This document shows positions 54,882 to 64,000 of a stretch of 64,000 nucleotides of DNA, one piece after another. A model generated the notes under the pieces. It was not told the DNA's origin. It worked only from the letters and a program-made list of their open reading frames with translations, and ran no database searches. How positions within the stretch are numbered: the first letter of the stretch is position 1; each line of letters begins with the position of its first letter. Both the position numbers and the translations under genes were made by a program. This stretch comes from an uncultured Gemmatimonadales bacterium. Its GTDB lineage: Bacteria > Gemmatimonadota > Gemmatimonadetes > Gemmatimonadales > GWC2-71-9. The stretch spans positions 1 to 64,000 of the forward strand of contig CAWJMT010000005.1 of assembly GCA_963844035.1 (NCBI GenBank). Reading direction: 5' to 3'.

Positions 54882-56449
54882 CGCGCGCGGAGCCGCACTA
54901 CGCGGCCGGTCCACCCGTTCGAGCTCGAAGGATCCTGGCTGAGAATCTGGAGCGTGACGATGTCTCCGCTCTTGATCTTCGCCAGGGCGTCGTGGAACTC
55001 GGCGCGATTGCGGGTCGGCGTGGAGTTCACCTTGACGATGACGTCGGGACCGCCCTGGTCTTCGACCGTCGCAAGGCGTTGGAACGCCGGGCCGTCCGGC
55101 GAGACGTCCGTGACCGCCACCCCACCTCCCTGGTCCATCACCGCGCGGAAGCGCGGATCGCGGGCGTCCTCAGCCGTAATCGTTTGCACGGCGATCCCGA
55201 CCGATTCCTCCATTGAGGTGCCTTCCGATGCGCCCGACTTGGTGGAGACCGTCGTCACTTCCTCCCCGATCGGTGCGCGGGCCAGCTTGACCGTGTAGGT
55301 CTTGCGGACGCCGCCCTGGCGCAGCACGGTCACCTCGACCGGTTCGCCGGGCTTCTTGAAGCCCACACGCTGCTGCAGCTGCGGGAGTGTTGCTGACGGG
55401 CACGCCGTCGAGCGCCACGATCACGTCTCCGGGCAGGAGGCCCGCGCGCTTCGCCGGTGAATCGTCCCCCGTGTAGCCGTTGACCACGACGCCGGTGATG
55501 TCCTTCAGCCCAACCGCTTCCGCGTCTTCCGGCTGCGCGTCGCGAATCGCGATGCCGATCACCGCGCGCTCCACGTGACCCGTCTTGATCAGCTGGTCCA
55601 TCACGGTGTGCGCGAGATTGATCGGGATCGCGAAGCCGTATCCGGCGGACACGCCGGTCTCGCTCGCGATCGCCGAATTGATGCCGATCACGTCGCCCCG
55701 GATGTTGACCAGGGGACCACCCGAGTTTCCGGGATTGATCGCCGCGTCGGTCTGGATGAAGTCCTGAATGGCGTACTTGGACTGCTGCAAGCCCGCCAGC
55801 AGCCGGCCCTTGGCGCTCACGATCCCGGCGGTCACGGTGAAGGCGAACTGCTCACCCATCGGGTTGCCGATGGCCAGGACCCACTCGCCCACGCGGGTCG
55901 AGTCGGAATTACCCATGTGTGCCGCGGGCAGGCCCGTGGCTTCGATCTTGATCACGGCGACATCCGTCGCGGGATCGGCGCCGACGACCTTGGCTTTGAA
56001 CTCCCGTTTGTCGTACAGGCGCACGATGACCTTCTCGGCCCCGGCGACCACATGGTTGTTCGTCAGGATCAACCCGTCCGGGGAAATGATGAACCCCGAG
56101 CCGCTACCCTGCTCGATCTGCGGGCGACGCTTGAGCTGCGGGAGGAAATCCTCGAAGCCCGGCGGCAGTCGCTGTCCTTCAGAGCGCCCACGATGCTCCG
56201 AGCGGATGAATACCACGGTGGGCCGCACCCGGTCGGTCGCGCCCACGAACGCGTTGCTCAGGTCCAGCACCGGTTTGGAGACCGACACGGGGGTCTGCGG
56301 GGCGGCCGTGTACCCCTGCAGGGTCGGACTGGTTCGGTGGCGCCCCCTCGCTTCGGCAGATTGAGCGCCGAGGCGAACAGCAGCCCGAATACGAAGGTGA
56401 TGCCGACCAGAGTCCCGAACTTGAGCCAGTCCCGCGTGCGTGCCGACAT
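54878..56449 (-). CDS. degP: Do/DegP-family serine protease with two PDZ domains; frameshifted
   Basis: GSGFII, TNNHV, DVAVIK, QTDAAINPGNSGGPL. Confidence 0.92.
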
Positions 56450-56487
56450 GCGCGTCTCGCTTCTCGTTGAAGGGATCCAACCCATGA

Positions 56488-58425
56488 CTACGACTTTTTC
56501 TTGTCGTCGTCCACGATCTCGTAATCTGCCTCGACGACGTTCTCCTGCCCATGGCCTTCCGCGGCGCCTGGTTGCTGCTCGCCGGGCGCCCCAGCACCGG
56601 GACCGCCTTCCGCGCCCGCCCCGCGATTGGCCGCATAGAGTGATGCACCCGCCGCGGAATAGGCCTGCTGGAGCGCATCAAGGGCTTTGGAGATCTCGTC
56701 GGGATTGCCGGAGCGAAGAGCCTGTTTCGCTCCTTCCAGCGCGCTGTCGAGCTTGGACTTGAGGTCCGCGTCGAGCTTCTCGGCCCACTCCTTGGAATTC
56801 TTCTCCACGTCATACACCGTGGTATCCAGACGGTTGCGGCGCTCGATTTCCTCGCGCCGGCGCTTGTCCTCCGTGGCGTGCGCTTCGGCATCCTTGACCA
56901 TCTTCTCGATGTCTTTGTCGCCGAGACCCGAGGAGGCTTCGATCCGGATCTTCTGCTCCTTGCCGCTCGCCTTGTCCTTGGCCGAAACGTGGAGGATGCC
57001 GTTGGCGTCGATATCGAACGTGACCTCGACCTGCGGCACGCCGCGGGGGGCCGGCGGAATCCCCGTCAGCTGAAACTTGCCGATCGTGCGGTTGTCTGAG
57101 GCCATTTGCCGCTCGCCCTGCAGCACGTGGATCTCGACGGTGGTCTGACTGTCCTCCGCCGTCGAAAAGATCTCCGACTTCTTGGTCGGAATCGTCGTAT
57201 TGCGGGCGATCAGTACGGTCGTGACGCCGCCCAGGGTCTCGATGCCGAGCGACAGCGGCGTGACGTCGAGAAGCAGGACGTCCTTGACCTCGCCCGCGAG
57301 CACGCCACCCTGAATCGCCGCGCCGATCGCGACGACCTCGTCCGGATTCACGCCCTTGTGCGGCTCCTTGCCGAAGAACTTCTGCACGATCTCCTGCACC
57401 TTGGGCATCCGCGTCTGGCCGCCGACCAGGATCACTTCGTCGATCTCCGACGGCTTGAGCCCGGCGTCCTTCAGGGCCTGCTGCATCGGCGGTAACGTCC
57501 GCTGGACAAGGTCGTCCACCAGTTGCTCGAGCTTGGCGCGGCTGAGGGTGATGTTCAGGTGCTTCGGGCCGGCCTGGTCCGCCGTGATGAACGGCAGGTT
57601 GATCTCCGTCTGCATGACGGTGGACAGCTCCATCTTGGCCTTCTCGGCGGCTTCCTTGAGGCGCTGCACCGCCATCGCGTCCTTGGCGAGATCGATCCCC
57701 TGGTCCCGCTTGAACTCTCCGACCAGCCAGTCCATGATGCGCGCATCGAAGTCGTCGCCGCCAAGGTGCGTATCCCCGTTGGTGGACTTCACCTCGAACA
57801 CACCTTCGGCCAGCTCCAGCACGGAGATGTCGTAGGTGCCGCCACCCAGGTCGTACACCGCGACCTTCTCTTCCTTCTTCTTATCGAGGCCGTACGCGAG
57901 CGCCGAAGCCGTCGGCTCGTTGATGATCCGGACGACGTCGAGGCCGGCGATCTTCCCTGCGTCCTTGGTGGCCTGCCGCTGGGAGTCGTTGAAGTAGGCG
58001 GGTACGGTGATGACGGCCTTCTCGACCTTGTGGCCGAGATAGTCCTCCGCGGTCTGACGCATCTTTTGCAGGATCATCGCCGAGATCTCGGGCGGGGTGT
58101 AGCGCTTCCCCTGGATCTCGACCGAGGCGAGGCCGTTCGGGCCTTCCGCCACCTTGTAGGGGACGCGTTTCTGCTCTTCAACGACCTCGTTGGTGCGCCG
58201 CCCCATGAAGCGCTTGATCGAAAAGACGGTGTTCTGCGGGTTCGTGACGGCCTGGCGCTTGGCGACCTGCCCGACCAGCCGCTCCCCATCCTTTGTAAAG
58301 CCTACGACCGACGGGGTGACCCTCCCACCCTCGGCATTCGGTATGACGACCGGATCGCCACCTTCCATGACGGCGACAACCGAGTTCGTGGTGCCGAGGT
58401 CGATGCCGATGATCTTTTCAGCCAT
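56488..58425 (-). CDS. dnaK: Hsp70 chaperone DnaK
   Basis: [40 protein letters not shown]. Confidence 0.99.
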   Translation of the reverse strand: MAEKIIGIDLGTTNSVVAVMEGGDPVVIPNAEGGRVTPSVVGFTKDGERLVGQVAKRQAVTNPQNTVFSIKRFMGRRTNEVVEEQKRVPYKVAEGPNGLASVEIQGKRYTPPEISAMILQKMRQTAEDYLGHKVEKAVITVPAYFNDSQRQATKDAGKIAGLDVVRIINEPTASALAYGLDKKKEEKVAVYDLGGGTYDISVLELAEGVFEVKSTNGDTHLGGDDFDARIMDWLVGEFKRDQGIDLAKDAMAVQRLKEAAEKAKMELSTVMQTEINLPFITADQAGPKHLNITLSRAKLEQLVDDLVQRTLPPMQQALKDAGLKPSEIDEVILVGGQTRMPKVQEIVQKFFGKEPHKGVNPDEVVAIGAAIQGGVLAGEVKDVLLLDVTPLSLGIETLGGVTTVLIARNTTIPTKKSEIFSTAEDSQTTVEIHVLQGERQMASDNRTIGKFQLTGIPPAPRGVPQVEVTFDIDANGILHVSAKDKASGKEQKIRIEASSGLGDKDIEKMVKDAEAHATEDKRRREEIERRNRLDTTVYDVEKNSKEWAEKLDADLKSKLDSALEGAKQALRSGNPDEISKALDALQQAYSAAGASLYAANRGAGAEGGPGAGAPGEQQPGAAEGHGQENVVEADYEIVDDDKKKS

Positions 58426-58484
58426 CCGGGTCGCTCCTGGAATCGCGTGAGAATGATGCTGCCACTGGCCCGATGGTCGCAGAA

Positions 58485-58499
58485 GCAAGCGGTGTGCCT
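58485..58499 (-). promoter_or_regulatory. Putative sigma54 promoter of dnaK-degP
   Basis: AGGCACACCGCTTGC(T) on the minus strand, 60 bp before the ATG. Confidence 0.65.
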
Positions 58500-58579
58500 G
58501 GGAATTGTGTCAATATGGCAGGGCATACGCGCCTACGGTAAGGAGCAGCCCAGGTCCTCCGAAGATAGATTTTTCGCCT

Positions 58580-59299
58580 GTGATTCCCTACAAAGACGAG
58601 AATCCCACGGTACTCACGCCGATCGTGACGGTCGGCTTGATCGCGGCGAATGTGCTTGCCTGGCTGTTCGTGCAGGGAGCGGGTTCCGCCCCGGCCCTGG
58701 CGGCGTCCGTCTGCCAGCTCGGGATGATCCCGGCGGAGCTGCTCCGCACTGCACCGCCCGGCACCACCGTCCCACTCGGTCGCGGGGTCGCCTGCGTGCT
58801 CGAAACCCCGCACTACGCCACCGTGCTGACATCCATGTTCATGCACGGGGGCTGGTTTCATGTCATCGGCAACATGTGGTTCCTGTGGGTGTTCGGGAAC
58901 AACATCGAGGATTCGATGGGTCACGCGCGGTTCGGGGTGTTTTACCTGCTCTGCGGCGTCGTGGCGGCCGGCACCCAGCTGTTTGCGGATCCACAGTCGC
59001 GTGTACCGATGGTCGGCGCGTCAGGCGCCGTGAGCGGCGTCCTGGGTGCGTATATCCTTCTATATCCCCGTGTGCGCGTGCACACGCTGCTCACGCTTGG
59101 CTTCTTCGTCACGACGGTCGCGCTGCCCGCCTACGTGATGCTCGGCTACTGGTTCGTCCTGCAACTCCTGATGGGGGCCGTGTCCCGCACAGCCGGGGGA
59201 GTTGCCGTTTGGGCGCACGTGGGGGGATTTGTCGCGGGCCTGGTGCTCATCAAGCTGTTCGCGAATCCGCAGTTCGCCGAGCGACACCGAGGCGGCTAG
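58580..59299 (+). CDS. Rhomboid intramembrane protease
   Basis: HGG..H..GNM, GASGA, AHVGG. Confidence 0.93.
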   Translation: MIPYKDENPTVLTPIVTVGLIAANVLAWLFVQGAGSAPALAASVCQLGMIPAELLRTAPPGTTVPLGRGVACVLETPHYATVLTSMFMHGGWFHVIGNMWFLWVFGNNIEDSMGHARFGVFYLLCGVVAAGTQLFADPQSRVPMVGASGAVSGVLGAYILLYPRVRVHTLLTLGFFVTTVALPAYVMLGYWFVLQLLMGAVSRTAGGVAVWAHVGGFVAGLVLIKLFANPQFAERHRGG

Positions 59300-59979
59300 T
59301 GGGCGGTGTCTTCCGCGTGGTGCTTGATCGTCTTTCCCTCGACCAGGAACACCACGTCTTCCGCGATGTTGGTCGCAAGGTCGGCCACGCGCTCGAGGTT
59401 CCGGCTGACGAGAAACAGCTCCATGGCCGCACCGATGATGTGCGGGTCTTCCATCATATGGGTCAGCAGGATCCGGAACACGGAGTGATGGAGGGCGTCC
59501 ACGAAGTCGTCGCGCCGGCAGATTTCCCGTCCCAGCGCCGAGTCGCCCCGCACAAAGGCATCGAGGGCACCGGACAGCATGCTGCGCGCCTGGCGCGCCA
59601 TCTCGAACAGCTCGGGCTCGGGGGCGATGAGGCGCGCGCCCAGCAGCCGCTCGGCGGATTGTGCGATGTTCACGGCGTGATCGCCCACGCGCTCCAGGTC
59701 GGTGGCGATCTTCATGGCGGCCATGAGCAGGCGGAGATCGCGGGCCATCGGCTGCTGGGTCGCGAACAGGTCGAGGACGGTCTCCTCGATCTCGAGCTCC
59801 AGGGCGTCGATCGCGCGATCCCCCGCGATCACCTGGGCGGCAAGGTCGCCGTCGCGCTTGAGGAGCGCGTCCAGCGCGAGACCCAGAGCGTCCTGAGCCT
59901 CCGCGGACATCGTCAGCAGCTTGTCTTTGAGCTTCGAGAGCTCGTCGTGGAAGTGCCTGTGGGTCGCAGTCGCGCTCAT
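59296..59979 (-). CDS. phoU: Phosphate signalling protein PhoU
   Basis: [35 protein letters not shown]. Confidence 0.96.
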   Translation of the reverse strand: MSATATHRHFHDELSKLKDKLLTMSAEAQDALGLALDALLKRDGDLAAQVIAGDRAIDALELEIEETVLDLFATQQPMARDLRLLMAAMKIATDLERVGDHAVNIAQSAERLLGARLIAPEPELFEMARQARSMLSGALDAFVRGDSALGREICRRDDFVDALHHSVFRILLTHMMEDPHIIGAAMELFLVSRNLERVADLATNIAEDVVFLVEGKTIKHHAEDTAH

Positions 59980-60805
59980 CCGAACCGTCCTGTGATGTAG
60001 GCCTCTGTGCGCTCGTCCGGGGCCGCGTGAAAATCTGTTTGGTGTCCCCGAACTCGATCAGCTTGCCGAGATAGAAGAACCCCGTGAAGTCCGAGACGCG
60101 GGACGCCTGCTGCATGTTGTGGGTCACCACCACGATCGAGTAGGTCTGCTTCAGCTCGACCATGAGCTCCTCGATGTGCTGGGTGGCCGCCGGGTCGAGC
60201 GCCGAGCAGGGCTCGTCCATGAGCAGCACGTCGGGCTCGTTCGCGAGCGCGCGGGCGATGCAGAGGCGCTGTTGCTGGCCGCCGGAGAGGCTCGTGCCGG
60301 AGGAATGGAGGCGGTCCTTCACCTCGTCCCACAGGGCCGCCTTGCGCAGCGCGCGCTCGACGCGCCCGGGCATGTCGCGCTCCGGCGCGAGGCCGTTCAG
60401 GCGCGGGCCGTACGCGACGTTCTCGAAGATCGTCTTCGGGAACGGGTTGGGCTGCTGGAACACCATGCCCACCCGGCGGCGCAGGTCCACCGCGTCGGTG
60501 CCCGCCGAAAAGACCGACACCCCTTCGAGCAGAATGTCCCCCGTGTGACGGGTCTTCGGGATCAGCTCGTTCAGGCGATTGATCGAGCGCAGGAACGTGC
60601 TCTTGCCGCACCCCGAGGGGCCGATGAGGGCGGTGACGGCAGCCCGCGGAATGGTCAACGTCAGGTCGAACAGGGCCTGCGTCTTGCCATACCAGAAGGC
60701 GTAGCTGCGCACGTCGATGACGGGCGTCGCCACCGGGGCGGGTCGCGGCGCGCTGCGGGGCTGCGCCGGGGCTTCCTGGCGTAACGGTTCCAAAGCCACG
60801 GTCAT
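59976..60805 (-). CDS. pstB: Phosphate ABC transporter ATPase, copy 1
   Basis: [40 protein letters not shown]. Confidence 0.95.
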
Positions 60806-61579
60806 CCGAATCTCCCAGTAATGTAGGCCTCGGTCTGCTCCTTCGCGGGCTTGGTGAACAACTCTTCCGTCCGCCCGATCTCGACCAGCTCCCCGAGGTA
60901 GAAGAACCTGGTGTAGTCCGACACGCGGGCTGCCTGTTGCATGTTGTGCGTGACGATCACGATCGTGTAGCGGGTCTTGAGCTCGTGGCACAGCTCTTCG
61001 ATGCGCTGCGTTCCCCCCGGGTCGAGCGACGCCGTCGGCTCGTCGAGCAGCAACACCTCCGGCGCCGGCGCCAGGGCTCGCGCGACGCACAGCCGCTGCT
61101 GCTGGCCGCCGGAGAGGGACAGGGCGCCGGCGCGGAGCCGGTCCTTGACCTCGTCCCACAGGGCGGCCTGGCGCAGCGCACGCTCGACGGCGTCGTCCAG
61201 GTCGCCGCGGCTGAGGCGGCCGTTCACCCGCAGCCCCGCCGCGACGTTGTCGTAGATGGACATGGTGGGGAACGGGGTGGGGCGCTGGAACACCATGCCG
61301 ATCCGCCGGCGGAGCTGCACGGCGATCGATGCCGGAGTCGTAGATGTCGTGGCCGTCGAGCAGCACCTTGCCCGTGACCCAGCCGCTCTCCGACAGCTCG
61401 TGCATGCGGTTCAGGCAACGCAGGAACGTGCTCTTGCCGCACCCGGAGGGGCCGATCACCGCGGTCACGGTGCGGGCGGGAAAGGACACCGACACGTCCT
61501 TCACGACCGCCCGGCGCCCGAACAGGGCCGTCAGGCGGACCGCCTCGAGCGGCGCGCGCGGGTTAGCGGGCGGCGTCAT
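60802..61579 (-). CDS. pstB: Phosphate ABC transporter ATPase, copy 2; frameshift near 61325
   Basis: [35 protein letters not shown]. Confidence 0.93.
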
Positions 61580-62413
61580 GGCGTTGCCGAATGGCCCAGC
61601 GGGCCGCGAGGGCGAGCAGCAGCACGAGCCCCATCAGCACCAGGGCGGCGGCCCAGGCCATCCGATGCCAGTCCTCGAACGGGCCCGTCGCGTAGGTGAT
61701 AGATCTGGAGCGAGAGGGTCTGCATCGGGTGGTAGATGCTGGTCGAGAAGTTCAGGTTGCCGAGCGCCGTGAAGAGCAGCGGCGCCGTTTCGCCCGCGAC
61801 GCGGGCGACGCCGACCAGGCAGCCGGTGACGATCCCCGCCAGGGCGGTCCGGGCCACGATACGAAGCGAGGTGCGCCAGCGCGGGTACCCGAGCGCGAGC
61901 GCCGCTTCCCGCAGCGAGTGCGGCACCAGTCGGACCATCTCTTCGGTGGTGCGCGCGATCATGGGGACCATGAGTACCGCCAGCGCGACGCTGCCGGCGA
62001 GCGCGGAAAAATGGCCCATCGGCTTGACGAGCCAGGTCCACGCGAAGATCCCGACCACGATCGACGGCGTGCCGTTCAGCACGTCGGCGACGAAGCGGAC
62101 GATCCAGCCCAGGCGGCCGGAGCCGTACTCCGCCAGGTAGAGCCCCGTTCCGATCCCCACGGGGAGGCCGAGCAGCGCGGCGAGCCCCACGATGATGCCC
62201 GGTCCCGACGATCGCGTTGGCGACTCCGCCGCCGCTCTCCCCCGCCGGGACGGGGTTCTTGGTGAAGAAGTTCCAGTCGAGCGACGACGCGCCCTTGGCG
62301 ATGAGGTGGCCGACGATGAGCACCAGGGCGAGGACGGCGGTGAACGACAGCGCGGCGACCAGCCCGGTCATGAGGCCGCTCACCAGCCGGCGGCGCAGGC
62401 GGCGCGCGCTCAC
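61576..62413 (-). CDS. pstA: Phosphate ABC permease PstA; frameshifted
   Basis: [35 protein letters not shown]. Confidence 0.93.
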
Positions 62414-63414
62414 AGGGCGCGGCTCCCGACTGCCGTGCCGCGGGCCACGCGCCAGATCAGGAGGCGTGCCACCGCGTTCACGAGGACCGTGATGACGAAC
62501 AGCAGGAGGCCGACTTCGAACAGCGCCGAGAGATACAGACTCGTAGTCGCCTCGCTGAACTCGTTCGCGATTGCGGCGGCCATGGTGTAGGCCGGCTGCA
62601 GCACCGAGACGCTGATGTCGTGGCGGTTACCGATCAGCATGGTGACCGCCATCGTTTCACCGAGGGCACGGCCGAGGCCGAGAATGACGGCGCCCATGAG
62701 GCCGGCGCGGCCGTAGGGCACGACGGCGGTCCACACGGCTTCCCAGCGGGTCGCCCCCATGCCGAGCGCGGCCTCGCGCTGGGTGGCGGGGACGGCCAGG
62801 AGCACCTCGCGCGACACGGCGGCGATGTAGGGGACGATCATGATGGCGAGGATGACGGAGCCGGCGAGCAGCGAGTTGCCGTAGAACACCCCGCTGAAGA
62901 ACGGCGTCCACCCGAGCACGGCGCGCAGCGGCGGGACCACGTATCCGCGCAGGAAGGGAATCAGCACGAAGATGCCCCACAGCCCGTACACCACGCTCGG
63001 GATCGCCGCGAGCAGCTCGACGAGAAATCCGACCGGTTGCCGCAACCACTTGGGGGCGAACTCCGTCAGGTAGATCGCGACCCCGAGCGCCAACGGCACC
63101 GCGATCACGAGGGCGAGCAGGGAGGAGGCCAAGGTCCCGAAAATCATCGGCGCGGCCCCGAACACCTCTGCGACGGGGTCCCAGACGGAGGTCCCCAGGA
63201 AGCGGAAGCCGAACCGGTGAATCGACGGCCACGCGCTCACCAGGAGCTGACCGACCAAGAGCAGCAGAAAAAGCGGCAGCGCGAGCGCGAGCACGGTGAC
63301 GACGGCCTTGTACGTCCGGTCACCAAGGTTGGCTCCGCGGAGCACCTGCATGCCCGGTTCCCGCGGGCCTTCATCTGCTTGGCGGGTCATCGGCTCGAGA
63401 GGGAGAGCGGTCAT
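62410..63414 (-). CDS. pstC: Phosphate ABC permease PstC
   Basis: ELLAAIPSVVYGLWG, LGRALGETMAV, IANEF.EA. Confidence 0.96.
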   Translation of the reverse strand: MTALPLEPMTRQADEGPREPGMQVLRGANLGDRTYKAVVTVLALALPLFLLLLVGQLLVSAWPSIHRFGFRFLGTSVWDPVAEVFGAAPMIFGTLASSLLALVIAVPLALGVAIYLTEFAPKWLRQPVGFLVELLAAIPSVVYGLWGIFVLIPFLRGYVVPPLRAVLGWTPFFSGVFYGNSLLAGSVILAIMIVPYIAAVSREVLLAVPATQREAALGMGATRWEAVWTAVVPYGRAGLMGAVILGLGRALGETMAVTMLIGNRHDISVSVLQPAYTMAAAIANEFSEATTSLYLSALFEVGLLLFVITVLVNAVARLLIWRVARGTAVGSRAL

Positions 63415-63438
63415 GGCGCGCGGAAACGTATCCGTCCT

Positions 63439-63456
63439 TTGTCACGACCTTGTAAC
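63439..63456. promoter_or_regulatory. Pho-box-like direct repeat upstream of pstC
   Basis: TTGTCAC-GACC-TTGTAAC with an 11-bp period. Confidence 0.55.
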
Positions 63457-63543
63457 GGCCGGACACGATGAAACACCCCCGCAGGCGAATGACGCCGTGC
63501 GGGGGCTGGCCGGATCGTCGGAAGGAGGGCCGAAGCTACCCGG

Positions 63544-64000
63544 CTAGTTGGTCCACGCCGGCTTGCCGCCGGCGGTGATGCTCTTCAACCTCGCCTGGAT
63601 CCACGGCTGCAACTGTGTGGGCAGCGGTGCATAGCCGAGCTTTGGAGCCTGGGCTTGTCCCTGGGTGATACAGGACCAGACGAATTTTGCGAGCTCGCGG
63701 GCCTTGGTCGCATCAGGATAGTCCTTGCGCAGCAAGAGCCAGGTAAAGCTCGAGATGGGGTAGGCCGTGCGCGCCGGGCGAGTTCGTCAGCGAGACCCGG
63801 AAGTCCGTGGTGGGTCCCATCTCGGCCATCGCACCCGCAGCGGCGGCGGTGACCGCCTCGATGGTTGGGGTGATGAAGTTGCCGGCTTTGTTCTGAAGCT
63901 GGCCGAACGACATCTTGTTGATCAACGCGTAGCCGAGCTCGGTGTAGCCGATGGCGCCGGGCGTCTGCTGGACCGTGGCCGAGACTCCTTCATTGCCCCG
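63544..64000 (-). CDS. pstS: Phosphate-binding protein PstS, 3' part
   Basis: GAIGYTELGYA, LQNKAGNF, LGYAPLP; position at the head of the pst operon. Confidence 0.92.

Noticed and set aside
12419..64000. Mass pseudogenisation or programmed frameshifting
   Set aside because: Small indels occur in more than 20 unrelated genes, including pst, bio and degP, with intact motifs and no accumulated stops. This pattern is typical of long-read assembly error; polishing would test it.

Overview
High-GC bacterial window, probably Gemmatimonadota. That assignment is inferred from the Ser/Thr kinase-TPR protein, the pilin type and the gene content, not from a search. The assembly is indel-rich: many conserved genes switch frame, most likely through sequencing error. 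From left to right: a mosaic left end (partial 16S rRNA fused to an IS1634-like remnant, fused to a truncated beta-helix gene); a phosphoesterase; tRNA-Leu(TAG); a Cyc2-like cytochrome-porin; an MFS/methyltransferase/P450 cassette with the MFS gene bracketed by ~86-bp direct repeats; ppk2 and cax; a double Orn/Lys/Arg decarboxylase-antiporter locus; an RND pump; a multiheme cytochrome; bioFADB; two paralogous structured leaders (a SAM-II riboswitch with a terminator, and a truncated variant) controlling an aminotransferase and a ThrC-like/MoaD pair; a type IV pilin under a c-di-GMP-I riboswitch and a sigma54-type promoter; a DUF4956/beta-propeller/kinase-like Omp85/phosphoesterase operon; a Ser/Thr kinase; dnaK-degP; a rhomboid protease; and pstSCABB-phoU. 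The best candidates for undescribed biology are the transcriptional SAM-II switch with its truncated paralogue, the envelope kinase-barrel/phosphoesterase operon, and the Cyc2-like protein. All family calls come from motif recognition, with no database searches run.
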